Below are positions 27,633 to 37,381 of a DNA stretch of 64,000 nt, piece by piece (position 1 is the stretch's first letter; the number at the start of each line of letters is the position of its first letter). The DNA lies in the NCBI GenBank assembly GCA_965215195.1, contig CBDCDC010000002.1:960001-1024000 (forward strand). Direction: 5' to 3'. Both the position numbers and the translations under genes were made by a program. Source of the DNA: Candidatus Latescibacterota bacterium (GTDB lineage: Bacteria; Latescibacterota; UBA2968; UBA8231). The notes below the pieces were generated by a model, which saw only the letters and a list, made by a program, of their open reading frames with translations, made no database searches and was not told the DNA's origin.

Positions 27633-29504
27633 TTAGTTGATCCACTCGACAATCGCATCCGCACCCAACCGCCCATCCTCAACCACGAGCTGCGTTCCCG
27701 TGCCCACCGCGCCAGCGATGCGCTGCGGGAAATGATCCCCGGCCCCATGCACCAACAGCCGCCCCGGTGCGCACAACGCCAGTGCCGTCCGCACATCGCC
27801 CAACGCGCGAATCCCCGGCACAAAAAGTGCTCCGGTCCACGCCTCGTCGCCTCCTAAATCGCGACCGCCCCAATCCACCACTGTGCGGCCAACGCCATCA
27901 GCCAACGCCCGTGCAAATAGGCACCAGACGCCGGCCGCGCCCTGACCGACGAGGTGGCACTGGCCCACGCGCAGGTGCTGGTCCAGATAGGCCAAACCCG
28001 TGAGAATGTCCTGCACCCGGCAAGCCATCGTGGCCTGATTATAAGTATGGTACAGGGGATCCATCTCGTCGTGCCCTTCCCGCTCGGCACCATTGGTCAG
28101 AAAAGGAGCGACGACCAGCACGGCCCCACCCGCCTGCAACAGCCCCTGCGCCAGCGCGCCCGGCGCACCGTCCGCCCAATGCGCGTCGACAATCAGCGTG
28201 GCCGGCACCTTGCCTTGAGGACCACGCGGCAGAAAAAAGGCCGCTCGCACCCGCTCCCCGCGGCCCACGCGCCCCAAGACCAAGTCCTCGGCCACATAGC
28301 CCTCCTCGCGGCGAAATCCCAAGCTCTCGACCGCTACTTGAGGCGCGGCATCCACCCCGAGCAGGCTCGCCAGCGCCGGGCGCGTCTGCCGCTCCAAGCA
28401 CCCCAACCGCTTCTCACTGCGGGCGATCACGGCCGCGAAGACTCCTTGTGCGTCGAGCGCATGGTCCGGTTTTGCGCGCCCGCTGAACACCAGCAAGTCC
28501 TCGTCCCGCTCCACGGCAAAAGGCTGTTCCGGGACCCTGCCGCACCCGCCGTGCAGGTGGCGCTTAAAAAACGCGTACGCGGCCTCGCGGCTCGGCCGGT
28601 TGTAGTTGTGCGGAGCGTCTAGCTGCACCTCGCTCACCTTGTTTGGCACTCCATAGAGGTCGTAGATCGCGCGCACGGCCGGGAACTCAACTTCTGGCGT
28701 GTTGGCCGTCCAGTCGCCGGTACACGACACCAGCAACAAGGGCCTCGGTGCCATGCAGCTCGCGATTTCCACATTGTTGATGTCCAGTCGCAAGTGGCCC
28801 TGATTCTCGCAGCGACAGCCGCCCTGCATAAAGGCCGAGACCATGTTGACAGGAGCGGCCGCCGCGATCCGCTCGTCGACCGCCATCAGCAAAAAGGTCT
28901 GCGTCCCCCCACCAGACGCGCCCGTGCAGCCCATGCGCTCGGCATCCACATCCGCCAGCGCGGCGAGGAAGTCGATCACCCGAATGCTGTTCCACAGTTG
29001 CAAGCTCAGCGCACCGATTCCCCACAGGGCCTCGCGCCGCCCCCCGACCTCCCGATGCACGAGTTGATCGCTGTCGTTGTACCCGACCATGTCGTACGCA
29101 AAGGCCACCATGCCCTGCCGCGCGAAGTTGATGCAGCGACCAGCAATCGACCCTAACTCGGTGTTTTCGAGACGCCCCCGCCCCCAGTGGCCGTGCGGAC
29201 AGGCAAGCGCCGGAAAAGGCCCCTCCCTTAGCGGCCGGTACAAATTGCCACAGACGAAGAAGCCGGGCAGGCTCTCGAAAAAGACCTTTTCCACTGCATA
29301 GCCCTCCCGCTCAATCCGCCCAAAGACCTGTGCCTTGAGCGGCGTCTTGTCCGGCAGCGGCCACAAGCCCGCGCACACGAGAATGTGCCGGCGGATCGCG
29401 GCCGCCCGCTTTTCCCACGCTTCCAGCGTCCGATAGCGGCGCAAGGCCCAAGGCGTATCGACGTTTTTGGCGGCGTCCAGCCGCGCATCCCTTGCAATTG
29501 TCAT
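27633..29504 (-). CDS. Alpha/beta-hydrolase, acetylxylan-esterase-like, two-domain
   Basis: Start MTIARDAR (AGGAGG RBS); PHGHW, nucleophile elbow GASGGG, HNYN; second degenerate hydrolase domain. Confidence 0.82.
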   Translation of the reverse strand: MTIARDARLDAAKNVDTPWALRRYRTLEAWEKRAAAIRRHILVCAGLWPLPDKTPLKAQVFGRIEREGYAVEKVFFESLPGFFVCGNLYRPLREGPFPALACPHGHWGRGRLENTELGSIAGRCINFARQGMVAFAYDMVGYNDSDQLVHREVGGRREALWGIGALSLQLWNSIRVIDFLAALADVDAERMGCTGASGGGTQTFLLMAVDERIAAAAPVNMVSAFMQGGCRCENQGHLRLDINNVEIASCMAPRPLLLVSCTGDWTANTPEVEFPAVRAIYDLYGVPNKVSEVQLDAPHNYNRPSREAAYAFFKRHLHGGCGRVPEQPFAVERDEDLLVFSGRAKPDHALDAQGVFAAVIARSEKRLGCLERQTRPALASLLGVDAAPQVAVESLGFRREEGYVAEDLVLGRVGRGERVRAAFFLPRGPQGKVPATLIVDAHWADGAPGALAQGLLQAGGAVLVVAPFLTNGAEREGHDEMDPLYHTYNQATMACRVQDILTGLAYLDQHLRVGQCHLVGQGAAGVWCLFARALADGVGRTVVDWGGRDLGGDEAWTGALFVPGIRALGDVRTALALCAPGRLLVHGAGDHFPQRIAGAVGTGTQLVVEDGRLGADAIVEWIN

Positions 29505-29515
29505 ACCACATCCTC

Positions 29516-30334
29516 CTACGCTGTAACGGCACCCGACATCAAACCGGCCGTCAACCGCTTTCGCACCAGCAGGAACAGCAAGACCGTGGGTACGGTCGCC
29601 ACCACTGCGGTGGCCATCAAATAATTCCACTCCACCACGTTGTTTTTTTCCCAAGCGTAGAGGGCCATGGTAATCGGCTGCATGGTCCGCTTGGAAACGA
29701 GCACTAGCGCAAAGATGAATTCGTTCCACGCGCTGACAAAGGTGAAAATGGCCGTAGTCGTCAGCCCGGGGGCCGTTAGCGGCAGGGCAATCCTGAAGAT
29801 CATCCCCGTCCGCGAGAGCCCGTCGATCATGGCGGCATCCTCCAATTCCTCGGGGATGTTCTTAAAAAACCCTCGCAACATCCAGATGGAAAACGGCAGG
29901 GTAATCGCCGTATTGACCAAGATCAAGGCCGTGTACGTATCCAGTAGGTGCAAGGCTTTCATCATCTCGAACAGGGGGATGAGGACAATCACCGGCGAAA
30001 ACATCTGCACCACTAAGATGCTCAGGCCGAATAGACCGCGTCCGCGAAACTTGATGCGCGCCATGGCATAGGCCGCCGGGGCCGCCACGAGGATGTTGAA
30101 AAACACCGCGGCCAAGGCGATGAACAGACTGTTCAACAGGTGCCGCGCCATGGGAATGCGGACGAAAATATCCACGTAGTTGTGCCATACAAACGCACGC
30201 GGGATCAGCGTCGCCGGCGCTTGAAACACTTCCCCCATAGTCTTTAAGGAGGTGCCGGCGACGACCAACAACGGCAAGAGGGTGAAGGCCGCAACCCCCG
30301 CCATAAGAGCCGTTCGCAACAGGGCGCCGGGCAC
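29516..30334 (-). CDS. Carbohydrate ABC transporter permease
   Basis: EAA loop IPEELEDAAMIDG, AWNEF; probable GTG start at 30334 just after the upstream permease stop. Confidence 0.88.
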   Translation of the reverse strand: MPGALLRTALMAGVAAFTLLPLLVVAGTSLKTMGEVFQAPATLIPRAFVWHNYVDIFVRIPMARHLLNSLFIALAAVFFNILVAAPAAYAMARIKFRGRGLFGLSILVVQMFSPVIVLIPLFEMMKALHLLDTYTALILVNTAITLPFSIWMLRGFFKNIPEELEDAAMIDGLSRTGMIFRIALPLTAPGLTTTAIFTFVSAWNEFIFALVLVSKRTMQPITMALYAWEKNNVVEWNYLMATAVVATVPTVLLFLLVRKRLTAGLMSGAVTA

Positions 30335-30336
30335 GG

Positions 30337-31221
30337 CTACATCTCTTCCCGGTAGAAAAGACGCCACTGGAGGAAGCTGACGGCGACCAGCAGCAAGAAC
30401 GCCAAAAAGGCCATGCTGCTGGCCTGGCCAAAGTTGAAGTAGCCAAAGGCGCGGCGAAAGATCTCGGTGACCACAATTTGGGTCTGATTGGCCGGCCCGC
30501 CCCCGGTGATCACGTAGATAAAGACAAAACTGTTGAAGGACCAGATGAAACTGATCAACAAAACCGCCAGCGCGACGGGACGCAGCAAGGGGACGGTGAT
30601 ATACCAAAACTTCTGCCGTGCCGTAGTCCCGTCTATAATGGCGGCCTCGTACAGATGCAGCGGAATGGACTGCAAGGCCGAGAGGAAGGCAAAGGTGGTA
30701 AACGGCAACGCCGTCCACAGCCGGGCGAACAGGGCACCGCCAAACGCCGTCGAAGCACTCGTCAACCACTGCACGGGATGATCGACGATATGCAGAGACA
30801 GCAGCAACGCGTTGAGGTGTCCGTACTCGCCGTTGTACATCCACTTCCAGGCGATGGCCGCCACCACCAGCGGCGTGGCCCAAGCGAGGATCAGCGAGCT
30901 GCGGATCCATTCGCAGACGATTGTACTGCGGCTCAACAACAGGGCGGCACCCAAGCCCGCTCCCACATTCATCAGGACAGCGAGCACCGTCCACACGGCC
31001 GTGTTTTTGAGCACGAGGAGAAAAACATCGTCCCGGACGAGGCCCGTATAGTTCTGCACCCCCACAAAGACCGTCCCTTTGTAGGAAGTGTGGTAGAGAC
31101 TCGTCTTGAGGATTTCGACCATGGGAAATCCCATGAACAGCAGCAGCCACAGGGCGGCTGGCGCAATGTAAAAATAGGCCAGCCGGCGTTTCTCTCTTTC
31201 CACGATAATTTCCCGCGCCAA
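30337..31221 (-). CDS. Carbohydrate ABC transporter permease
   Basis: LQSIPLHLYEAAIIDG, TGGGPAN. Confidence 0.92.
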   Translation of the reverse strand: MAREIIVEREKRRLAYFYIAPAALWLLLFMGFPMVEILKTSLYHTSYKGTVFVGVQNYTGLVRDDVFLLVLKNTAVWTVLAVLMNVGAGLGAALLLSRSTIVCEWIRSSLILAWATPLVVAAIAWKWMYNGEYGHLNALLLSLHIVDHPVQWLTSASTAFGGALFARLWTALPFTTFAFLSALQSIPLHLYEAAIIDGTTARQKFWYITVPLLRPVALAVLLISFIWSFNSFVFIYVITGGGPANQTQIVVTEIFRRAFGYFNFGQASSMAFLAFLLLVAVSFLQWRLFYREEM

Positions 31222-31230
31222 AATGCGGCC

Positions 31231-32505
31231 TCAAGGCATGGGTAGGGCCGGGTTTTCCAACTCTTTCAGCAAGCGGTCGGACGCGGTGTTGAGCGCCTCG
31301 GCCGGGGTCGCCGCACCGGCCAAGATTAGCTGGATCGCCTCGCCCCATCCATCCTGAATCTTGGTCCATTCTGGGTGTTTTGGCGTCAAGTGCAGCAACT
31401 CCCTTTGCGCCTGATAATTCTGCATTGGGATCGACTGGTAGTAGGGATCGTCGGCCGCGTCTTTTGTCATGGGTACGCCGCCCACTTCCACGTCGATCAA
31501 CCGGCGATTTTCCAAGCGTTGGATAAAACGCATAAATTCGTAGCCCAAGTCCTTGTGCTGCGAAGTGGCAAACATGCCAAAGACATCGACGATGAGCAGC
31601 ATCTTCCGCTCCTCGCCATGCGGGATCATCAAAGGCTCGCATTCAATGCCCGCATCCCGGCACATCTGGTCCTGCCACGGTCCGCTGAACAACATCCCCA
31701 CCTTGCCCGCGGCCATCTCGGCATAGCATTCGTTGGCATTCAAGCTCAGAATGCCCGGCGGCATGACCCGGTCCGAAAGGTGCATGTCGGTCAGGAACTC
31801 AACGTAGGCAATGGCTTGGGGGCTGTTGATCGCCAGCTTGCCCTCGCGGTCGAAGAAGTGGGCCCCCAAACCCCACATCATTGCGATCGGATCCTGCATC
31901 AGGTGTTTCGGCCGGCCGGCGCCGATACAGAATCCATAGCGCTCGGGCGGCCGGTTGAGCGCATTCGCCAGCGCGCGGACTCCTTCCCAAGTCGTCGGAG
32001 CTTCTGGCGCTCCCGCCTTCTGCATCCAGTCCCGGCGCACGTAGAGCGTCCGGTTGGCCCCCACCAGCGGCACCCCGTAGGTCTTTCCCTTGTACTCGCC
32101 CGCGCTCAGGGCCACGTCAATCCACGCTTCGCGCTCGGCCGCACTCATAAAAGCATCGAGCGGCTCCAGCACGCCCCGCTCGGCATATTCGGGTATCATG
32201 CCCATGAAGAGAAAACCCAGATCGGGCAGGTTGTCGCCCTGTATCATGGTATTGTAAAACGTCGGCCCTTGGTCGTAGGAGACGTATTGCTGTTCAATGG
32301 TCACGCCGGGATGTTCGGCCTCGAATCCCTTTTTCCAGATCCCGTAGGTCTCGAGTTCGGGGCCCAGCCAGACGATCTTCAAGACCGCGTCCCGGTCATC
32401 GGGAACGTCCGCGCAGCCGGACCAGACCGCGCCGAGGACCAGCAAGACCCACGGGGAGAGGGAGCGACGATGGGCTAAACAAGCCGCGCATTTCGCGATC
32501 GCCAT
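31231..32505 (-). CDS. Sugar ABC transporter substrate-binding lipoprotein
   Basis: Lipobox VWSGC, GVLEPLD, YKGKTYGVP, PTTWE, GKVGMLFSGPW. Confidence 0.9.
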   Translation of the reverse strand: MAIAKCAACLAHRRSLSPWVLLVLGAVWSGCADVPDDRDAVLKIVWLGPELETYGIWKKGFEAEHPGVTIEQQYVSYDQGPTFYNTMIQGDNLPDLGFLFMGMIPEYAERGVLEPLDAFMSAAEREAWIDVALSAGEYKGKTYGVPLVGANRTLYVRRDWMQKAGAPEAPTTWEGVRALANALNRPPERYGFCIGAGRPKHLMQDPIAMMWGLGAHFFDREGKLAINSPQAIAYVEFLTDMHLSDRVMPPGILSLNANECYAEMAAGKVGMLFSGPWQDQMCRDAGIECEPLMIPHGEERKMLLIVDVFGMFATSQHKDLGYEFMRFIQRLENRRLIDVEVGGVPMTKDAADDPYYQSIPMQNYQAQRELLHLTPKHPEWTKIQDGWGEAIQLILAGAATPAEALNTASDRLLKELENPALPMP

Positions 32506-32711
32506 AAGCGCACTTTCTCGCTTGGATGAGTTGCAAACAGTAGATTAGCAATTGGATGTCGTGCAATTTTTCGCTAGCCGTCAAAATAGGTAGAATACCG
32601 AGCACACAACAGCAAAGCGTGGGCGGCCGCGGGAAGAGTTATTGGGCTGAACTCTACGACCCGTGGGCGTCTTCGTTTAATATCCCAACACCACTTGGAG
32701 GGTTTTCCAAC

Positions 32712-33779
32712 ATGAACCGCAATCTGGCTGGATGCCTCGGGCTGGCTTTGTTGACCATTGCCCCCGGGCGAGCGCTTGAACGTCCCGACAAAGAGTTCGC
32801 GATCTTCCAATTTCCCCCCACTATGATACCCCGCATTGATGGGCGCAGCGACGACTGGGAGCTCGTCCCCGAATCCTATGTAATTGGAACCGAGGAGTTG
32901 GCGGAAACCGTCATCGGCAAGGGCACCAACCACGACCCGCAAGACCTCGAGGTGGCCGTGCGGGTGGGCTGGGTTAATGGTTTGGACCGGCTCTACTTCC
33001 TCTACGAAGCCCACGACGATTACTGGAACATGCACTACCGTCGCGGCGATATTTTTGAAGTCGCCGTCGATGCGGACCGCTCGGGCGGTCCCAACATATA
33101 CAACCCCCAGCTAGATGAGTGGGACAGCCACTTTGCGTTCAAGGGAGTACACGCGCAAAACTACCACATTTTCACGCCGCCCGGACCGGGCCGCGACTGG
33201 GTTTTCGTCTGGGGCTGCCAGCCATGGGTCGGGCGGCTGCCCTACGCCAACCACGCGTACTCGTACGATTTTGCCGAGGGCGAGAGCGGCCGGCTGGTGC
33301 TCGAATTTTGGATCACCCCTTTTGACTACGCCCCTTACGAGGGACCCGAGCGAGCAGTGGTGTCCACGCTGGTGGAAAATGCCCTCATCGGGCTGTCGTG
33401 GGCCGTGCTCGACTACGACGAGAGCAACAGCGCGTACGAGGGCTTCTGGAACCTCTCCCACAAGACCCGCATGGACTCAGACGCCTCGAATTTGTGCGCC
33501 TTTCGGCTCATGCCGCTCGCCAGCGGCTTGCGCAAGCCGCTCGAAGCCCAGTGGGAATTTCAAGTGGTGGACATGGACCGCAGATTAGTGGCCTTCAAAG
33601 ACCTTTCCTATGGCACCATCACCTCTTGGTCGTGGGATTTTGACGATGGCACTACCTCTGCCGAACAACATCCCATCCACCAGTACCAAGAAGCCGGGGG
33701 ATACACGGTCGTGCTCACCGTGCAAGGGCCGGAGGGCACGGCGCGCCGCGTCAAAGTGCAGCAAGTAGTGGTGCGCTAG
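32712..33779 (+). CDS. Secreted protein: CBM9/DOMON-like domain + C-terminal PKD domain
   Basis: Signal peptide MNRNLAGCLGLALLTIAPGRA; IPRIDGRSDDW; PKD motif WSWDFDDGTTS..QHPIHQY...YTVVLTV. Confidence 0.82.
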   Translation: MNRNLAGCLGLALLTIAPGRALERPDKEFAIFQFPPTMIPRIDGRSDDWELVPESYVIGTEELAETVIGKGTNHDPQDLEVAVRVGWVNGLDRLYFLYEAHDDYWNMHYRRGDIFEVAVDADRSGGPNIYNPQLDEWDSHFAFKGVHAQNYHIFTPPGPGRDWVFVWGCQPWVGRLPYANHAYSYDFAEGESGRLVLEFWITPFDYAPYEGPERAVVSTLVENALIGLSWAVLDYDESNSAYEGFWNLSHKTRMDSDASNLCAFRLMPLASGLRKPLEAQWEFQVVDMDRRLVAFKDLSYGTITSWSWDFDDGTTSAEQHPIHQYQEAGGYTVVLTVQGPEGTARRVKVQQVVVR

Positions 33780-33781
33780 GG

Positions 33782-36700
33782 TCAGCAACCCCCGAGTTCC
33801 ACGCAACTGAGCCGCCCCCCGGCCAGACTGCACACCACGCGGCCGCGGCACGGCCACAACCCGCGAATTTCCGCTTCCAGTTCCACAGAACCCACGCACC
33901 TGCCGTCTGCGTCACAGGCCAGCAGTGCGCCCTTTTCCACGGCCGCGACAATGTACTCCCCCACCGGGGCAATGGCCCGGATCCACTCGCCGATCTGGAC
34001 GTGCCAGCGCAATTCCCCGCGGTAGCTAAAGGCGTAGAGTTCGCCAAATTCGCTGGCCGCGACTAGGCCGCAGGGAAAGGCGCTGAGCCCCACAACCTCG
34101 CCGACGACATTGGCGTGCCAGACCTCGGCCCCATCCTGCGGTTTGACCGCGTAGATCCAGCCATCCTGCGTACCATAGACAATTTCCCGCACACCGTCTC
34201 TATCAACATCGACCAGTTGCAGATGGGTGAGGCCAATGCCGCGCCGCGGCGTGGTGGCATTGCCCTCGGACCCCACCTCTTCAAAGGTGGTCCAGCGGAA
34301 GGACCCATCGCTATTATGCACATTCAGGGGAGTGGAATATTCGGTCCCCGCAATCACCTCGGCCCGGCCATCGCCATCTACATCGGCTGCGGCGAGCGCC
34401 GTGATCGCGTGGTAGCGCACCCACTCGGCCCATTCGAGCGTGCCATCCGCAGCAAAGGCGTTTATGTACCAGCCCACGGTTGACGCGAGGACGCTCGTGC
34501 GGCCCCGGCCCTCCAAGTCGGCCACGGCTAAGCCGGAGACCTTTGAACCCCACCCCGAGTCCTTCAAGGTCCTGCACCAATGCTGCTCGCCGCTGTGGCC
34601 TTTGAGTGCGGCCAGTTGACCATCGTCCGTGCCCACCAGCGCTTCCACCGCCCCATCGCCGTCGATATCGGCGAGGAGCAGGGCGCTGGCCGCATTGTCC
34701 GCGCCCAGTTGGTGCGACCACATGGCCGCACCGTCCCCAAGCCTTAGTTGAACGACCTCCCCTTCCGCGGTGCCGGCGAGCAGCAATTCGCCGCGCACAG
34801 CTACAGCGCGGATATCAGTCGCGCTTAGGTCCCGGCTCCACTTGGCACTCCAGCCGCTCTGCGGCCGCCGCCAAGGGGATTCCATCGCAGCAGGAGGCGA
34901 TTCTGGGGCGATGGCGTTCATGGCGTCGCAGATGCGCTGCGCCGTTTCGCTCTGTCCCACTTGGAGCGTCGCGGGCGACCCGTCAAACACCTGCCAAGTC
35001 CAATGTGCGCCCTCGGCAAAGCCCAAGCACTCAATGCCCTGCAAGCTCAGGCTATCCCCCTTTAGAGAGATCGCGAACATTGCGGCCTCGATCTTTAGAT
35101 CGCCCAGACGGGTATGGCCGACGCCCAAAAGGGTCGTCTGCGCCCCATCGCGTATCTCGACCACCCTTTCATTCAGGCGCGCTAGGCGTATGTCGGGATG
35201 CGGCGTCAGCAGATTGACATAGACCAGATCATCCCCCGGCTGCATGGTGCGGGCGGCTTGCTGGTGCAGGACGTGGAGGACGTCCCCGGCGTGTGGATAA
35301 TTGCGCCAGCGGCTTTTCTCGTGCAAGTCGGCGACGATCTCTTGGGCCGATCCGTCGGCATTGTCGATGTACAAGTGTTCGCCCTCTTGGTGCAGACACA
35401 CCCTAGAGCCCTTGAGTTCAGCTTCGCCGACTAGACGCCACAAGCAAAAGCAGCGGTAGGCCCCGGCCTCGGTGCATTGCAGTTGGTCGATCACCGCAAA
35501 ATAACGCCCCTTGCCCCAGAAGATGTTGCGCCGCCAGTCAAGGCCGTTGTACCCAGAAGCCTCGGTCTGCACCAAGCCCAAGGTGTCGCTTTCGCTGCGG
35601 TAATTCAGCGAGGCCAACAGCGGCATCAGCAAGCCATCCCCCGGCCGCTGCAACGCGCCCACGCCATCGCGGATGACGGCGATTGAATTGTGGAACTTGG
35701 GGGCCGCCCGGATGTAGTCGCCGTCCCCCAGCCAAGCCCGGTCGTTCCAAGTCAGCCGGACGATGGTATTGCTGTCTTCGTGCCCGTGACAGAACGTGCC
35801 GCTCCCTTCGAGCAACAGGTACTCACTCAGCGGGTCGAAGTCGCGCCGCAGCGAGAGCTTGTCGAAGTAGAATTTTTGCGGATCGGGCTGGTTATCAGCC
35901 GGGGCGTACGCACGCACCCAGTGCAGCGCTTGGGCCGGCAATTTCATCGCGTATATGCCGAGCAGACCAACTGGTTCCTGCGGGACGCAATCGGCCAGCA
36001 CCCAGCCCTTGTCGCTCCATTCGACGCCGGCGTAAAGCCCTCGCAAGACGTGCATTAGCGTCGGCTTCTTGCGCGCACCCAGCCAGTTGAGGATCCACAG
36101 ATGCTCGGGGTTGCGCGCATACCAAGTGGAGACCATCGGCGCCCACAAGCGGCCCTCCCACCCCGCGGACGGAGCAAAAGGCGCGTACCCGGCCGTATCC
36201 CCGTGGTTGCTCTCGCTGCGCATGTTGTCCGTGGTCACCACCGCCAGTTTGCATAGATCGGCGATGGGGCCGTTCTCGATGTACCCGTAGTCGTTCTTTT
36301 TCAACAACGCGTACGAGAGCGTCTCTTGGGGCACGAGCCAAGCGTACCCCACGCCCCCGTCGTCGTTGGCTTTGTAGCAATCGTTCTGGCCGGCAAAAAT
36401 CCGTTCCACCACGTCCTCGGTAGGCGCGAATTCGCGGATGCCGTAGCGCTTGCTCAAGTAGCTGTGGCCGGCGGCCAAGTCCATGGCGATATAGGTGGTG
36501 TGGTTCTGGCGAATCTGGTGCGGGGGGTTGACTTTTTCGTCCATGTAGAACAGGCCGGCCAAGTGGCGCAGCATCTCGCCCATCATGGTCACCACCGCGC
36601 GGCGGTCGGCCTCGGTATAGAGCGGACTATCCTCGATCAGATCCCAGAGGTGGATGAGGCTGTGGAAGTGGAAAAAGCAGTGGTAGGTCTCTGGGTGGTC

Positions 36701-37378
36701 GCGCCGCTGGGCCCGCCAAGGTGCCAAGGAACCGGCGAAGATGGCCGGCACGGCGCGGCCCCACACCGGGTGATCGGTCAGATAGTAATACCAAGCGTAG
36801 TTTTCCACCTGACCGCCGCGAAAAGGCGTGGAGACCCAAGCGCCCTCCCAAGTCTTGAGATCGTCCTGCACCATCTTCTCCAGTTGCGCTTCCGCCGGAA
36901 ATGGGGGCAGAGGATGCTGGAACCGAGCGGCGTGTACCCTGTGCAGGTCCCCGGCGCTGGTGCGGACCAAATCCTCGAACACGGCCAAGGCCGCGTAAAG
37001 CCCGGCCCGGCTGCTGGCCCCGAGCGCAATGCAGTTTTTGCCATAGCCAAAGGGATCGGAAATCGACTTGACAAAATAGCCGTCCCCGCCGGGAAAAAAG
37101 GTATCGACAAAACAGCAGCGGGCCGCGTAGAGCCGCCGCAGCGCGGCATTGTTCGCCATGTTGCCGCCGGCGATCACCTGCACACTGCCAAAGAGCGCGT
37201 CCGTGAAATCCCGCTGCGCGACAATGTCGGGGGGCCGGCCGGCCACGGCGGCAATAGCTCTTTGCAATTGCACAACGGGCGAAGTTGCTGCGAGACCGTC
37301 CGGCACTACCAAGACCGTATCCGCGGCGAGGTTGGTGCGGGGAAAGTGGCGGGAGCGCGCAACGGCGAATGCTGTCAT
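33782..37378 (-). CDS. Large protein with heparinase II/III-like domain and C-terminal FG-GAP/PQQ-like beta-propeller
   Basis: HGHEDSNTI...WLGD...FHNSIAV lyase-like motif; ADIDGDG, ADVDGDG, VDVDRDG repeats. Confidence 0.7.
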   Translation of the reverse strand: MTAFAVARSRHFPRTNLAADTVLVVPDGLAATSPVVQLQRAIAAVAGRPPDIVAQRDFTDALFGSVQVIAGGNMANNAALRRLYAARCCFVDTFFPGGDGYFVKSISDPFGYGKNCIALGASSRAGLYAALAVFEDLVRTSAGDLHRVHAARFQHPLPPFPAEAQLEKMVQDDLKTWEGAWVSTPFRGGQVENYAWYYYLTDHPVWGRAVPAIFAGSLAPWRAQRRDHPETYHCFFHFHSLIHLWDLIEDSPLYTEADRRAVVTMMGEMLRHLAGLFYMDEKVNPPHQIRQNHTTYIAMDLAAGHSYLSKRYGIREFAPTEDVVERIFAGQNDCYKANDDGGVGYAWLVPQETLSYALLKKNDYGYIENGPIADLCKLAVVTTDNMRSESNHGDTAGYAPFAPSAGWEGRLWAPMVSTWYARNPEHLWILNWLGARKKPTLMHVLRGLYAGVEWSDKGWVLADCVPQEPVGLLGIYAMKLPAQALHWVRAYAPADNQPDPQKFYFDKLSLRRDFDPLSEYLLLEGSGTFCHGHEDSNTIVRLTWNDRAWLGDGDYIRAAPKFHNSIAVIRDGVGALQRPGDGLLMPLLASLNYRSESDTLGLVQTEASGYNGLDWRRNIFWGKGRYFAVIDQLQCTEAGAYRCFCLWRLVGEAELKGSRVCLHQEGEHLYIDNADGSAQEIVADLHEKSRWRNYPHAGDVLHVLHQQAARTMQPGDDLVYVNLLTPHPDIRLARLNERVVEIRDGAQTTLLGVGHTRLGDLKIEAAMFAISLKGDSLSLQGIECLGFAEGAHWTWQVFDGSPATLQVGQSETAQRICDAMNAIAPESPPAAMESPWRRPQSGWSAKWSRDLSATDIRAVAVRGELLLAGTAEGEVVQLRLGDGAAMWSHQLGADNAASALLLADIDGDGAVEALVGTDDGQLAALKGHSGEQHWCRTLKDSGWGSKVSGLAVADLEGRGRTSVLASTVGWYINAFAADGTLEWAEWVRYHAITALAAADVDGDGRAEVIAGTEYSTPLNVHNSDGSFRWTTFEEVGSEGNATTPRRGIGLTHLQLVDVDRDGVREIVYGTQDGWIYAVKPQDGAEVWHANVVGEVVGLSAFPCGLVAASEFGELYAFSYRGELRWHVQIGEWIRAIAPVGEYIVAAVEKGALLACDADGRCVGSVELEAEIRGLWPCRGRVVCSLAGGRLSCVELGGC

Positions 37379-37381
37379 GGT

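Noticed and set aside
29516-31642. 708-aa ORF suggesting a fused permease
   Set aside because: Only the last ~272 aa are permease; the rest is an off-frame read of the two upstream genes.
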